A stretch of 64,000 bases of DNA from NCBI GenBank assembly GCA_039802605.1, contig JBDRWW010000002.1:160001-224000 (forward strand), given 5' to 3'. The notes beneath the pieces are model-generated. The model had not been told where the DNA came from and ran no database searches. It saw only the letters and a list, made by a program, of their open reading frames with translations. The stretch is from a candidate division WOR-3 bacterium (GTDB taxonomy: Bacteria > Hydrothermota > Hydrothermia > LBFQ01). The position numbers were made by a program, and so were the translations under genes. This document shows positions 40,860 through 50,274 of the stretch, in pieces. The first letter of the stretch is position 1, and every line of letters starts with the position of its first letter.

Positions 40860-42521
40860 ATGGCGAAGAGGGGAAAGGTATTACTTATAGTGGAATCGCC
40901 TACAAAGGCCAAGACTTTAAAGGGTTATCTCAAAGGCGATTTTTTGGTTGTGGCGAGTAAAGGGCATATTAAGGATTTACCGGTGAACGAGTTGGGTGTG
41001 GATTTAAAAACTTTCTCGCCAAAGTATCAGGTAATAAAGGGGAAACTCGGGGTAATAAGGTTTATCAAAAAACTCGCAAAAAACGCCGATATAATCCTAA
41101 TAGGTAGCGACCCCGATAGGGAGGGTGAGGCGATAGCATTCCATATATACGAAGAATTAAAGGGTTTGAGGAAGAAGATTAAAAGGGTTTTGTTTTATGA
41201 AATCACACCGGAGGCTATAACCGAAGCCGTAGAAAATCCCACGGATATAGACGAAAACAAGGTGGAATCCCAGAAGGCCAGAAGGGTTCTTGATAGACTC
41301 GTTGGTTATTTGATAAGTCCAATACTCTGGAAGAAACTTAGATGGGGCTTATCGGCGGGGAGGGTTCAAACGGCCGCTTTAAGGCTTGTAGTTGATAGGG
41401 AAAGGGAAATAGAAAGTTTTATACCCCAAAAGTTTTGGTATTTTGAGGCAATCTTTGAGAAGAACGGCAAGACCTTTAAGGCGAGATCTGAAAAAAACTA
41501 TTTTGATGAAGGGGAAGCAAAAAAACTTTATCAAACGCTCAAAGGTGAAACCTTTATAGTTGAGGAATTCAAGAAGGAGATAAAAAAGCAGAACCCACCG
41601 CCACCCTTAAAGACCTCAACATTGCAACAAGAAGCCAATAAGATATTCGGTTTTTCGGCGGGTAAAACCATGCAGATAGCCCAAAGTCTATACGAAGGGA
41701 TAGAAATAGAAGGAAAGAGGGTGGGTTTGATAACATACCATAGGACGGATTCCACTAGGTTATCAAACAAGGGTATAAACCTTTTGAGAAAGACAATAAA
41801 GGATTTGTTTCCGGGTAAATACCTTCCAAAGCATGGTAAAAATTATGGAAATGATAAGGGGAATGTTCAGGGGGCGCACGAGGCGATAAGGCCCACATAC
41901 CCAGATATAAAACCCGAGGATTTGAAAGGTAAGGTTGATGAGGATACCCTGAGGATATACGAAATCATTTGGAGAAGGGCAATAGCATCCCAGATGGGCC
42001 CCGTTGAGTATGAGTATAAGAAGGCGGTAATAAAGGCGGGGAATGTTAAATTCTTAGCGGAGGGGAGGGAAATGGTTTTCGATGGGTGGTCAAGGGTATG
42101 GCCTTACAATTTAAAGGAGGGTTATATACCGGATTTGGAAAGGGGTGAGGTTTTAAAGGTTAAGAAAATCCAACTAAAAGAGGATAAGACCAAACCAAAA
42201 CCGAGATATACGGAGGCAACACTCGTAGAAGAACTGGAAAAGTTGGGCATAGGAAGGCCTTCAACATATGCAACGATTTTAAAAACCCTGTTTGTTAGAA
42301 AATATGTGATAAAGAAGGGGAAATCTTTGATGCCCACAGAACTCGGTAAGAAGGTTTTGGATGAACTTTTAAGGTTTTTCCCGGATATATTTGACTATAA
42401 ATTTACCGCAAAGATGGAGGAAGAGTTGGATAAAATTGAGGAAGGTAAGGAGACATATCAAAATGTTGTTAAAACATTTTATAAAGGCTTGGAACGGAAA
42501 CTTGAAGAAGCCGGTAAATGA
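40860..42521 (+). CDS. topA: Type IA DNA topoisomerase lacking C-terminal zinc ribbons
   Basis: IVESPTKAK, DPDREGE, SAGRVQT, ITYHRTDS, GIGRPSTYA. Confidence 0.95.
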   Translation: MAKRGKVLLIVESPTKAKTLKGYLKGDFLVVASKGHIKDLPVNELGVDLKTFSPKYQVIKGKLGVIRFIKKLAKNADIILIGSDPDREGEAIAFHIYEELKGLRKKIKRVLFYEITPEAITEAVENPTDIDENKVESQKARRVLDRLVGYLISPILWKKLRWGLSAGRVQTAALRLVVDREREIESFIPQKFWYFEAIFEKNGKTFKARSEKNYFDEGEAKKLYQTLKGETFIVEEFKKEIKKQNPPPPLKTSTLQQEANKIFGFSAGKTMQIAQSLYEGIEIEGKRVGLITYHRTDSTRLSNKGINLLRKTIKDLFPGKYLPKHGKNYGNDKGNVQGAHEAIRPTYPDIKPEDLKGKVDEDTLRIYEIIWRRAIASQMGPVEYEYKKAVIKAGNVKFLAEGREMVFDGWSRVWPYNLKEGYIPDLERGEVLKVKKIQLKEDKTKPKPRYTEATLVEELEKLGIGRPSTYATILKTLFVRKYVIKKGKSLMPTELGKKVLDELLRFFPDIFDYKFTAKMEEELDKIEEGKETYQNVVKTFYKGLERKLEEAGK

Positions 42522-43603
42522 GGATATCCATTGTAATGCCCTATTTCTTTAAGGAGGTTAGCGGGGGAGCGGAGAAGCAGGCCTATTTATTGGCAAAGTA
42601 TTTGGCAAAAGAGGGGTGTGATGTTTATTATTTGACATCGGGGAAGGGGGATGAGATGGTTGAAGGTATTAAAGTTTTAAGGGTTTTAAGGCTCCCCCAT
42701 ATTTTCCAATACCTTGAATATCCCAAAATCCTTATGCACCTGTTTGACCTGAACCCCGATATGGTTATAACCCGTATAAGGCATTATTATTTTCCCGTTT
42801 CCCTTTACGGTTTTTTATCCTTCAAACCTTCTATAATATTCATACCCGAAGATCGCATACCTCATCCCCTTTATGAAACCGAGAAGGTTTTTAAGAAAAG
42901 AATGAGCTTATTCAAGAAAATCTTGGCGGTTGCCAACTCACTTTTATTAGACCTTTTCGCTTATATCGGGATACTCATAAGTAAAAAGGTTGTGATCCAA
43001 AACGAAAAGCAGAGGGGGTTGATAAAGAAAATCTACGGAAAGGAATCCATAAAGATGCCTTCAATTTTTGAACCGGTTGAGTTAAAAGTGGAAGAAAAAA
43101 GGGGCGTATGTTGGGTTGGGAATCTAAGGGAGGAAAAGAGGCCGGAAATCTTCGTGCAGTTGGCGAAACTATTACCCGATGAGGTGTTCTATATGGTTGG
43201 AAGGATTTCGGAAAGGTATAAGGGTTCTTTCGGGAATCCAAAAAACTTAAAAATCCTTGGGGAATTGGAATACACGGAAGCCATTAAAGTAATGGCAAAA
43301 TCAAAGGTTTATGTGAATACATCTGTAAATGAAGGATTTCCCAATACCTTCTTGGAAAGTTGGTATTACAAAACCCTAATTATCGCTTTTGATGCAGACC
43401 CCGATGGGGTTATAGCGAAGGGTTTGGGGATAAAGGTTAAAACCTTGGATGAGGCCACAAGCGTAATAAAGGACTTCAACAAAAATCCGCAAAGGTATGA
43501 AAAAATTATCCAAAGGGCTTATAACTATGTTTTAGAAAACCATTTGCCCCAAAAGGTTATAGGGGTTTTTAAGGAAAGGGTTATGGGGCGAAATTGTAGG
43601 TAA
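42518..43603 (+). CDS. Glycosyltransferase family 4
   Basis: GGAEKQ, WVGNLREEK, NEGFPNTFLE. Confidence 0.9.
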   Translation: MRISIVMPYFFKEVSGGAEKQAYLLAKYLAKEGCDVYYLTSGKGDEMVEGIKVLRVLRLPHIFQYLEYPKILMHLFDLNPDMVITRIRHYYFPVSLYGFLSFKPSIIFIPEDRIPHPLYETEKVFKKRMSLFKKILAVANSLLLDLFAYIGILISKKVVIQNEKQRGLIKKIYGKESIKMPSIFEPVELKVEEKRGVCWVGNLREEKRPEIFVQLAKLLPDEVFYMVGRISERYKGSFGNPKNLKILGELEYTEAIKVMAKSKVYVNTSVNEGFPNTFLESWYYKTLIIAFDADPDGVIAKGLGIKVKTLDEATSVIKDFNKNPQRYEKIIQRAYNYVLENHLPQKVIGVFKERVMGRNCR

Positions 43604-44891
43604 TTAGAATGTTTAAAATTAAGGCTATAATGTTCATAAATACCCCCATTCTCATCATATCCCTTAACCCAACGAGTTTAAAGGAATATACGAGCATATT
43701 GGGTGGGGTTGCGATGGGTAGGATAAAGGCCCCGGAAGCCGAAATGGCAACAACGGCGGCCAAAGCGGGGGCATCAAGGCCCATCCCTTGGGCAAAGGAA
43801 TAAGACAAAGGAAGGAGTATTGCGGATATGGAAGTGTTGGAAGCGAATTCCGTTAGGATTAGCACAAAAGCACTCCAAACCGCCACAAAAAACAAAGGGG
43901 GGAAACCTTTCAAACCGGAAAGGTAATTGAGTATAAGATCCGATAGTTTTCCCTTAACGATCATATCCGAAAGTGCAAAACCCCCTCCAAACAGCAGCAA
44001 AGCATCCCAAGGTATATCCTTTATATCATCCCAACCCATAAAACCCAAAACGAATAACAAAACACCGGAAAATATGGCAATCGTGGAATCGTCTGCCTTT
44101 AATCCAAAGGTTTTTTCCCATAAGGGCAAAGTTATCCACAAAATAGCCGTAATGATAAAGATAAACAGAACAGCCTTCCCCTTGGAATCCAAGGCAATGT
44201 CGTATGTTTTTACATCCACTTTTCGTATTGATAGTTTAAATACAAAGGATGAGAAAACTAAGAAAGCCGTTTCCAATAGCAATGAATAGGGTAATCCAAA
44301 CTTTAACCAATCCAAAAATGTTATCTCCAAACCGAAGTTTCGCAAAGTACCGGCGTATATTATGTTTGGAGGTGTTCCAACCAATGTGGCCATACCACCT
44401 ATGCTCGATGAATACGCCGCGGTAAAGGCTAGAGCCTTCAAAAGTGAGCCTACTTGTAATGACAAAATAAGGGGTATCATTATCATTGTGGTTGATGTGT
44501 TGCTTATCCACATTGATAAAAAGTATGTTGCCAAAGAAATACCGATAAATATTCCGAGTTCCGATTTTCCAAAAAGCCTTATGATGTTAGCAGCTAAAAA
44601 CCTATGTATGTTGTACTTTTCTATAGCCCTAGCGAGGATAAAGCCTCCCAAGAAAAGGAATATTGGGGACTTTGCATAGTTTAAAGATATTTCATTAGCG
44701 GGGGCTATACCAAACAATGGGGCAATTATTAAAGGCAAAAGGGCGGTTATTCCAAGGGGTATAACTTCGCTTATCCACCAAGATGCCATCCAAAAAATGG
44801 TTCCAATAACAACCGCCGCACTTCTATCCAAGGGTAATATTAAACATATTAAGAATGCCAAAGGCCCAAAAACGAATAACGGTTTGCGCAT
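43581..44891 (-). CDS. DASS/SLC13 sodium:sulfate/dicarboxylate symporter
   Basis: SMWISNT, GTPPN, EFASNT, ATPPN motifs. Confidence 0.93.
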   Translation of the reverse strand: MRKPLFVFGPLAFLICLILPLDRSAAVVIGTIFWMASWWISEVIPLGITALLPLIIAPLFGIAPANEISLNYAKSPIFLFLGGFILARAIEKYNIHRFLAANIIRLFGKSELGIFIGISLATYFLSMWISNTSTTMIMIPLILSLQVGSLLKALAFTAAYSSSIGGMATLVGTPPNIIYAGTLRNFGLEITFLDWLKFGLPYSLLLETAFLVFSSFVFKLSIRKVDVKTYDIALDSKGKAVLFIFIITAILWITLPLWEKTFGLKADDSTIAIFSGVLLFVLGFMGWDDIKDIPWDALLLFGGGFALSDMIVKGKLSDLILNYLSGLKGFPPLFFVAVWSAFVLILTEFASNTSISAILLPLSYSFAQGMGLDAPALAAVVAISASGAFILPIATPPNMLVYSFKLVGLRDMMRMGVFMNIIALILNILITYNFAP

Positions 44892-45901
44892 TATTTTCTC
44901 AAATAAACCGTGCGAATTGGGAAAGGTATTTCTATACCTTCTTCTTTAAACCTTTCGTATATTTTATTTCTTATCTCCGTGGCACATTCCCTCCAAGAGA
45001 GCCTATCCTTTGCGCCAAACCTAACGGTAAATATAAGGGCAAAGTCCGCAAAATCGTCAAACCAAACCTTCGGTTCAAAGGTTTTATCAAACCCTTCAAA
45101 GTTTTCCATATCCTTTAATATTCCGTACAATATATCGCGAACCCTCCTCGGATCGCTTTCATAAGATACGCCTATTTTTATATCCCCAATGTATGCGGGT
45201 GTGGGTTTGTTAAAGTTCAAAAAAATCGAATTTATTATCTGCGTGTTCGGAATGTATATGAGGTTGTTGTTATAATCCCGTATAACTGTGGAATAAACCC
45301 CTATATCCACAACCTCACCGGTATATCCGCCAACACTTATAACATCCCCAACCTCCACCCTCTTTGAAGATGTTATATATATTCCAGAAAATAGGTTTGA
45401 TAAAAGAGGCTGTAATGCCAGGGCTACCGCCAAACCACCTATCCCCAAGGCGGTTAGCAATGGAGCGATTTGAACACCAATAGAGTTTAGACCAAACAAT
45501 AATCCGAGAAGAAATATGCCCCATTTTGCGGTTATATCTATTATCGTTGATTTAACTTGAATTTGGTATTCAATGAATAAACTTAACAAATTTCCAGCCG
45601 TGTAAGATATGGACGAGATTAAAAGTAAAATAAAAGCCTTTTGCAGGAAAACATTAAAGCTATGCCCCAAATATTCCCCAAACAGCCTCATGGATATGTA
45701 TATTCCCAAAACCACAAACCATAAAACTACGGATAACCTAAGGGCTCTATACACATTGTAAAACAGGTTTTCTTTACCTTTTAAAGCCTTTAAAAGTATA
45801 TACCTTACCCCAATGGAAACAAAAATGCCAAGGATTAGGAAGGATATAATTATGATTGCGGATATTACAAGGGGATGTTTTACAAGTGCCATATCAACCA
45901 T
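44891..45901 (-). CDS. mscS: Small-conductance mechanosensitive channel family protein
   Basis: LGIGGLAVALALQ...SNLFSG, GEVVDIG, IPN, GIEIPFP. Confidence 0.9.
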   Translation of the reverse strand: MVDMALVKHPLVISAIIIISFLILGIFVSIGVRYILLKALKGKENLFYNVYRALRLSVVLWFVVLGIYISMRLFGEYLGHSFNVFLQKAFILLLISSISYTAGNLLSLFIEYQIQVKSTIIDITAKWGIFLLGLLFGLNSIGVQIAPLLTALGIGGLAVALALQPLLSNLFSGIYITSSKRVEVGDVISVGGYTGEVVDIGVYSTVIRDYNNNLIYIPNTQIINSIFLNFNKPTPAYIGDIKIGVSYESDPRRVRDILYGILKDMENFEGFDKTFEPKVWFDDFADFALIFTVRFGAKDRLSWRECATEIRNKIYERFKEEGIEIPFPIRTVYLRK

Positions 45902-46320
45902 CCCAAAATACCTCCTAGCAATGCCCCGGTTAGGACCTCAAGGGGTGTATGCCCCAAAAGTTCCTTTAATCTTATATCCGATACCGGATGACCGCGAAGG
46001 AGTTCGTCAAGGATTATGTTTAAAATCTTGGCCTGCTCCCCAGCCGCCCTCCTAACACCCGCGGCGTCGTACATAACAATTATGCTGAAAAAGGCGACAA
46101 CTCCAAACATTATGCTGTCAAAACCCTCGGATAAGCCAACCATAATACTCAATGCCGAAACCGATGCGGCATGGGAAGAGGGTAATCCGCCCATATCCAC
46201 GAGCCTTTTTATATCAAGTTTTTTGTATTTTACAACGGATACCAAAACTTTTAAAACTTGGGTAATGAACGCAACGGTTATAGGCCCCCATAGAAATTTA
46301 TTGGCTAAGAGGGCCTTCAC
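45880..46320 (-). CDS. Divergent PAP2 family (DUF212) protein
   Basis: GGLPSSHAA, VMYDAAGVR, LKELLGHTP. Confidence 0.93.
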   Translation of the reverse strand: MKALLANKFLWGPITVAFITQVLKVLVSVVKYKKLDIKRLVDMGGLPSSHAASVSALSIMVGLSEGFDSIMFGVVAFFSIIVMYDAAGVRRAAGEQAKILNIILDELLRGHPVSDIRLKELLGHTPLEVLTGALLGGILGWLIWHL

Positions 46321-46843
46321 TTCCCCTTGAAAGTATATACGATATTACCGCTAACGCGGTAAAGAATACAATTACGGCAATTATACCGAAAGAGGAAACG
46401 AATGTCATTACAAAGCCGGCCGTTATAACCCCTAGGGTAATGGCAAATAGGGAATGTTTGAAATCCATGTTAAATACTTCCGCCACCAAGGAACCCGTCC
46501 AAGCCCCAGTTCCGGGTAAGGGAATGGCCACAAAGAGGTACAATCCCAAGAGTTTTAACCTCGCAATGGAAACCCCTTTTCTCCTCGCCCTATCGTATAA
46601 GAATTCAAAGAATTTCTTGGTTATTCTCCACCTACCCGTGAATATCGCTATGGGTCTTAACAGGATTAACAAGAAGGGTACGGGTAGTAAGTTGCCCAGT
46701 ATGCCCAAAACCAGGGTTTTCCATAGGGGTAAGTTGTAGTGTAAAATACCAAGGGGTATGGCACCCCTTAATTCAAAAATTGGTAAGGATGCCACCAAAA
46801 AGACGACGAGTTCCGGAGGGAGGTTTTTAAAAACCTCAACCAA
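46298..46843 (-). CDS. Small multidrug export-like membrane protein (COG2426)
   Basis: PIFELRGAIP, FVAIPLPGTGAWTG. Confidence 0.9.
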   Translation of the reverse strand: MVEVFKNLPPELVVFLVASLPIFELRGAIPLGILHYNLPLWKTLVLGILGNLLPVPFLLILLRPIAIFTGRWRITKKFFEFLYDRARRKGVSIARLKLLGLYLFVAIPLPGTGAWTGSLVAEVFNMDFKHSLFAITLGVITAGFVMTFVSSFGIIAVIVFFTALAVISYILSRGSEGPLSQ

Positions 46844-47123
46844 TCTCCTCTACCCTTGCTACGGTATATTTCTGCGTATGGAAGTACATCCTGCGGTAGT
46901 TGTTTTTCCTTTTCATTTTAAAGACTATAAGGTTTTCTTCCTTTTCCCCCAAAACCTTTAGCTTAGCCTTTTTCCTCTCAAAGGAAACCTTATCACCCTC
47001 CACGCTCATAATAACATCCGCCTCAAAAACTTCCCCCTCCTTCAAACCCAAATTCGGCACGATAACCTTTTGCCCCCTTTTAACCGGTATTTGAAAGCCT
47101 TTAACCTTTATTACCGCCTCCAT
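46836..47123 (-). CDS. rplU: 50S ribosomal protein L21 (divergent)
   Basis: AVIKVKGFQ..V, IVFKMKRKNNYRR..HTQKYT; SD AAGGAGG upstream. Confidence 0.85.
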   Translation of the reverse strand: MEAVIKVKGFQIPVKRGQKVIVPNLGLKEGEVFEADVIMSVEGDKVSFERKKAKLKVLGEKEENLIVFKMKRKNNYRRMYFHTQKYTVARVEEIG

Positions 47124-47137
47124 CTTTTACCTCCTTT

Positions 47138-48865
47138 TTACTGCTTTAACCTTGCAACCGCCTTTAAAGCCCTAGGATTGTTTTTATCGTATTTTAAAAC
47201 CATTTCCCAAGTTTCAAGAGCCTTTTGCCTATCACCGGCATTTTCATAAGACATGGCTTTCCTTTCAAGTTGTGCCAACTGTTGGTACCTCTTTGCTGTA
47301 TAATCCTTAGGATTTTCGGAAATTATTTCCGTCGCAAGTCTTAAAGTTGTGGTTAAATCCCCGTTCTTATAGGCCTCTATCATCTGCGTCCTCTTGTCAA
47401 TGGTCCCCGTATTTAAACTTATTGTGGGTTGGGGTTGATCTAAGGATATATCAAGTTTTGGCAGGTTTATGGATACTTCCGAAGAAAGCTTTGGCCCCTC
47501 GGATAATTTTATGGATGTGGTTGTGGGAGACTTTACGGTTTCTTCCTTGGTTTCTTGTGTTTTCGTTTCTTCCTTCTGTTTCTTTATTTCCATAACCTTT
47601 GTTTGATATATTTTCTTAACGGTCTCTACCTTAACCGGCGCTTTTCTACTGGACAAGCCTTCAATGGTGGTTTTTAATGCTAGCAATTCTTCATTCTCCG
47701 GATCGCTTTCAAGGGCAGACTCTATTAAAACCAGCGCCTTCTTATACTCCCCCTGTTGTATCAAAGCCTTTGCGATTTCAACATTTTGTATAGCAGAAAG
47801 CCTATTGGTTATAGGCGCATATATTTCGTTAAACAAAAGCCTATCCCCCAAAATCGGCCTTACTTTATCCAGCTTTTCTACGGCTCCCTCCAACTTACCC
47901 TCTTTCGCAAGTTTTTGGGCATCAACCACCTCCTTCCAAGCTTTTGCAAGGCTGTCGGCCTTCTTTATATAATCTTCCGCCTGCTTAATGGATTTGTCCA
48001 AACTCAAAGCCTTTTGGGCATAGGTTTTTACGAGGGTGTAATTCTCATATATCTTTTTCGGATCACTTTCGTTTTCCGCTGCCGTAAATGTCGATATGGC
48101 CAAACTCAAAGAACTCTGGGCCTCGTTTTTGCGCTGGTTTATGTAGAGGAAAGTAGATGTCCCAATTATTACAAGGAGTATAACCCCCACGGCGGCAAAG
48201 ATCCACCTCGTAGGGGCCTGTTTAACCATTAGTTCCGTTTCGGGTTTTTCGGCCGGATTTACATACAAAAGCGTCATCCTGCCGACTTTTAATATATCCC
48301 CACTCTTCAACCTCGTCCTTTCCTTTAAAACCTTTCCGTTTAAAAGCGTGGGATTTGTTTGGCTTAGGTTTTCAACCTCAACTATATCGCCCAAGAAATG
48401 TATCATAAGGTGTTTTCTGGATGTATGGGGGTCTTCTACCTTATATTCAACTCCTTCTTCCCTGCCGAGGATTCCCGACGAGAATATCTCTATTACGCTC
48501 CCGGCGCCAGGTCCGCTTATTATCTTAAAATACGGGGGTTCTTCGGCTTCAAGGAATTGGGTGGGTTGGCTTGTGGTCGTGGGCTGAGGCGCCTCCAAAA
48601 CCTCCAACTTCATCTTACCGGCTATATCCAATTCCAAACCGGGTACGAGTTCTATTTCCTTTATATCCTTTAAATCTCTTGTAGAAATCCCATGCCCCAA
48701 AGCCTTTAGAACAATTGCATCCCCGCGCTTGTCTATAACCGCATACTCCGTAGGTAATCCTATTATGAAAAGGTCGCTTTTTACAGAACCCCCTATCACA
48801 AAGGGAAACTTGTTTATGGTAATAACCTTCTCCCTATTACCAATTAAAACCCTTATCCTTATCAT
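47138..48865 (-). CDS. Bitopic FHA-domain protein (degenerate FHA + FHA, TM, TPR ectodomain)
   Basis: Second domain has LGR...D.HTSRKH...TNPTLLNG (FHA). TM is near aa 220-243, followed by multiple TPRs. Confidence 0.85.
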   Translation of the reverse strand: MIRIRVLIGNREKVITINKFPFVIGGSVKSDLFIIGLPTEYAVIDKRGDAIVLKALGHGISTRDLKDIKEIELVPGLELDIAGKMKLEVLEAPQPTTTSQPTQFLEAEEPPYFKIISGPGAGSVIEIFSSGILGREEGVEYKVEDPHTSRKHLMIHFLGDIVEVENLSQTNPTLLNGKVLKERTRLKSGDILKVGRMTLLYVNPAEKPETELMVKQAPTRWIFAAVGVILLVIIGTSTFLYINQRKNEAQSSLSLAISTFTAAENESDPKKIYENYTLVKTYAQKALSLDKSIKQAEDYIKKADSLAKAWKEVVDAQKLAKEGKLEGAVEKLDKVRPILGDRLLFNEIYAPITNRLSAIQNVEIAKALIQQGEYKKALVLIESALESDPENEELLALKTTIEGLSSRKAPVKVETVKKIYQTKVMEIKKQKEETKTQETKEETVKSPTTTSIKLSEGPKLSSEVSINLPKLDISLDQPQPTISLNTGTIDKRTQMIEAYKNGDLTTTLRLATEIISENPKDYTAKRYQQLAQLERKAMSYENAGDRQKALETWEMVLKYDKNNPRALKAVARLKQ

Positions 48866-48867
48866 TC

Positions 48868-49473
48868 TTAAATTGTGCCCGCAAATTCCTCAATTTTTTT
48901 GGCAAGCGATAGTATTTCACCCCTGACACGAACCTTTATTTCCTCCAACTTGGATAGTATCTCATCCCTCTGCCTTTCCACCTCTTGCAAATTCTTCTTA
49001 GCATCCTCAACCTCTCTCTTTATTTCTTCCAATTCTTTCTTGGCATTCCTCAAAATTTCCTCGGCTTCCCTTTTCTTTTCCTCTATCATCCTATCACCCG
49101 CATCTTTTGCCGCTTTTAATATTTCCGTCGCCAAAATTTCCTCGGGTATATCCTCCCACTTTAATCCCCCCTTATCACCTTTGGATTTCTTTAATTCTTC
49201 GTTTTCCCTTTTAAGCCTCTCCAATTCTTCCCTTAACCTCTGATTTTCCTCGCTTAACTGTTCTATTTGTACTTCCAGCATCGTGGTATCTCCGGTGGTT
49301 TCCGACCCGGCACTTTCCAATTTCTTCTCCAACTCCTCCACATATTTCGCCACCTGATTTAAAAAATCCCTAACCTCATCCGGGTCATAACCCTTTTTAC
49401 CCAAACCCCCCACAAATGTAAATTCCTGTAATCTTATCGACGATGCGGATAACTTTTTATTTTTCTGGGTCAT
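48868..49473 (-). CDS. DivIVA-domain coiled-coil protein
   Basis: EF...KGYDPDEVRDFLNQVA followed by long coiled coils and AKDAGDRMIEEKKREAE. Confidence 0.85.
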   Translation of the reverse strand: MTQKNKKLSASSIRLQEFTFVGGLGKKGYDPDEVRDFLNQVAKYVEELEKKLESAGSETTGDTTMLEVQIEQLSEENQRLREELERLKRENEELKKSKGDKGGLKWEDIPEEILATEILKAAKDAGDRMIEEKKREAEEILRNAKKELEEIKREVEDAKKNLQEVERQRDEILSKLEEIKVRVRGEILSLAKKIEEFAGTI

Positions 49474-49545
49474 TATGCGGGTATTATAAGGTTGAAAGAA
49501 AACTTTTGTATGGACAAATTAAACATCCTTAGAATACTAACTTCT

Positions 49546-49986
49546 ATGAAAAGGGGCATATTTTTTATTCCCTTGCTTTTAACTTTTGTTTTTTGTGGGG
49601 ATAAGAAGGAAGAAGGTAAATCCCAAACAAAGGAGGAAAAGCCCACGCAAACCGCTCAGGTTAATGTTGAATTTCCCGAGGAGTGGCCTCAGTTAAAACC
49701 GGATTTGGCCGCAAAAGGTGAGAAGTTATTTCTCCAAAAGGGTTGCAATGCCTGCCATACCATAGGCAAAGGTAAATTGGTGGGTCCGGATTTAAAGGGT
49801 TTAAACCAACGGGTTAGTTTTAAATGGGCCGCGCATATGATCTTAAATCCCGATTCTATGCTTAAATACGACCAAAGGGCAAAGCAACTTTTGAAAGAGC
49901 ACGGGACACCTATGACAAACCAAAATGTAAAACCGGATGAGGCGGTGGCTATATTGCATTATATTTTAAGGGAAAGCCAGAAATAA
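49546..49986 (+). CDS. Monoheme cytochrome c lipoprotein
   Basis: CNACH, VGPDL, distal Met (PMT); Cys after a hydrophobic N-terminus; TAGAAT 10 nt upstream. Confidence 0.9.
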   Translation: MKRGIFFIPLLLTFVFCGDKKEEGKSQTKEEKPTQTAQVNVEFPEEWPQLKPDLAAKGEKLFLQKGCNACHTIGKGKLVGPDLKGLNQRVSFKWAAHMILNPDSMLKYDQRAKQLLKEHGTPMTNQNVKPDEAVAILHYILRESQK

Positions 49987-50019
49987 GTAATAAACACAAC
50001 GGGTATATAATATCCAGTT

Positions 50020-50274
50020 ATGGCGAGCAAGAAAGCCGGCGGTTCCACAAAAAACGGAAGGGATAGCAACCCAAAATACCTGGGTGTTAAGAGGTTTGGG
50101 GGTCAGTTGGTACAAAAGGGTGAGGTTATAATCAGGCAGAGGGGGACAAAAATACACCCAGGTTATGGTGTAGGTATGGGTTCGGATTTTACGATATACG
50201 CGCTAATAGACGGGGTTGTCAAGTTCCACGAGAAAAAGGGGAGGAAATTTGTATCCGTTGTACCCATAGATTAG
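50020..50274 (+). CDS. rpmA: 50S ribosomal protein L27
   Basis: [16 protein letters not shown]...RQRGT. Confidence 0.98.
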   Translation: MASKKAGGSTKNGRDSNPKYLGVKRFGGQLVQKGEVIIRQRGTKIHPGYGVGMGSDFTIYALIDGVVKFHEKKGRKFVSVVPID

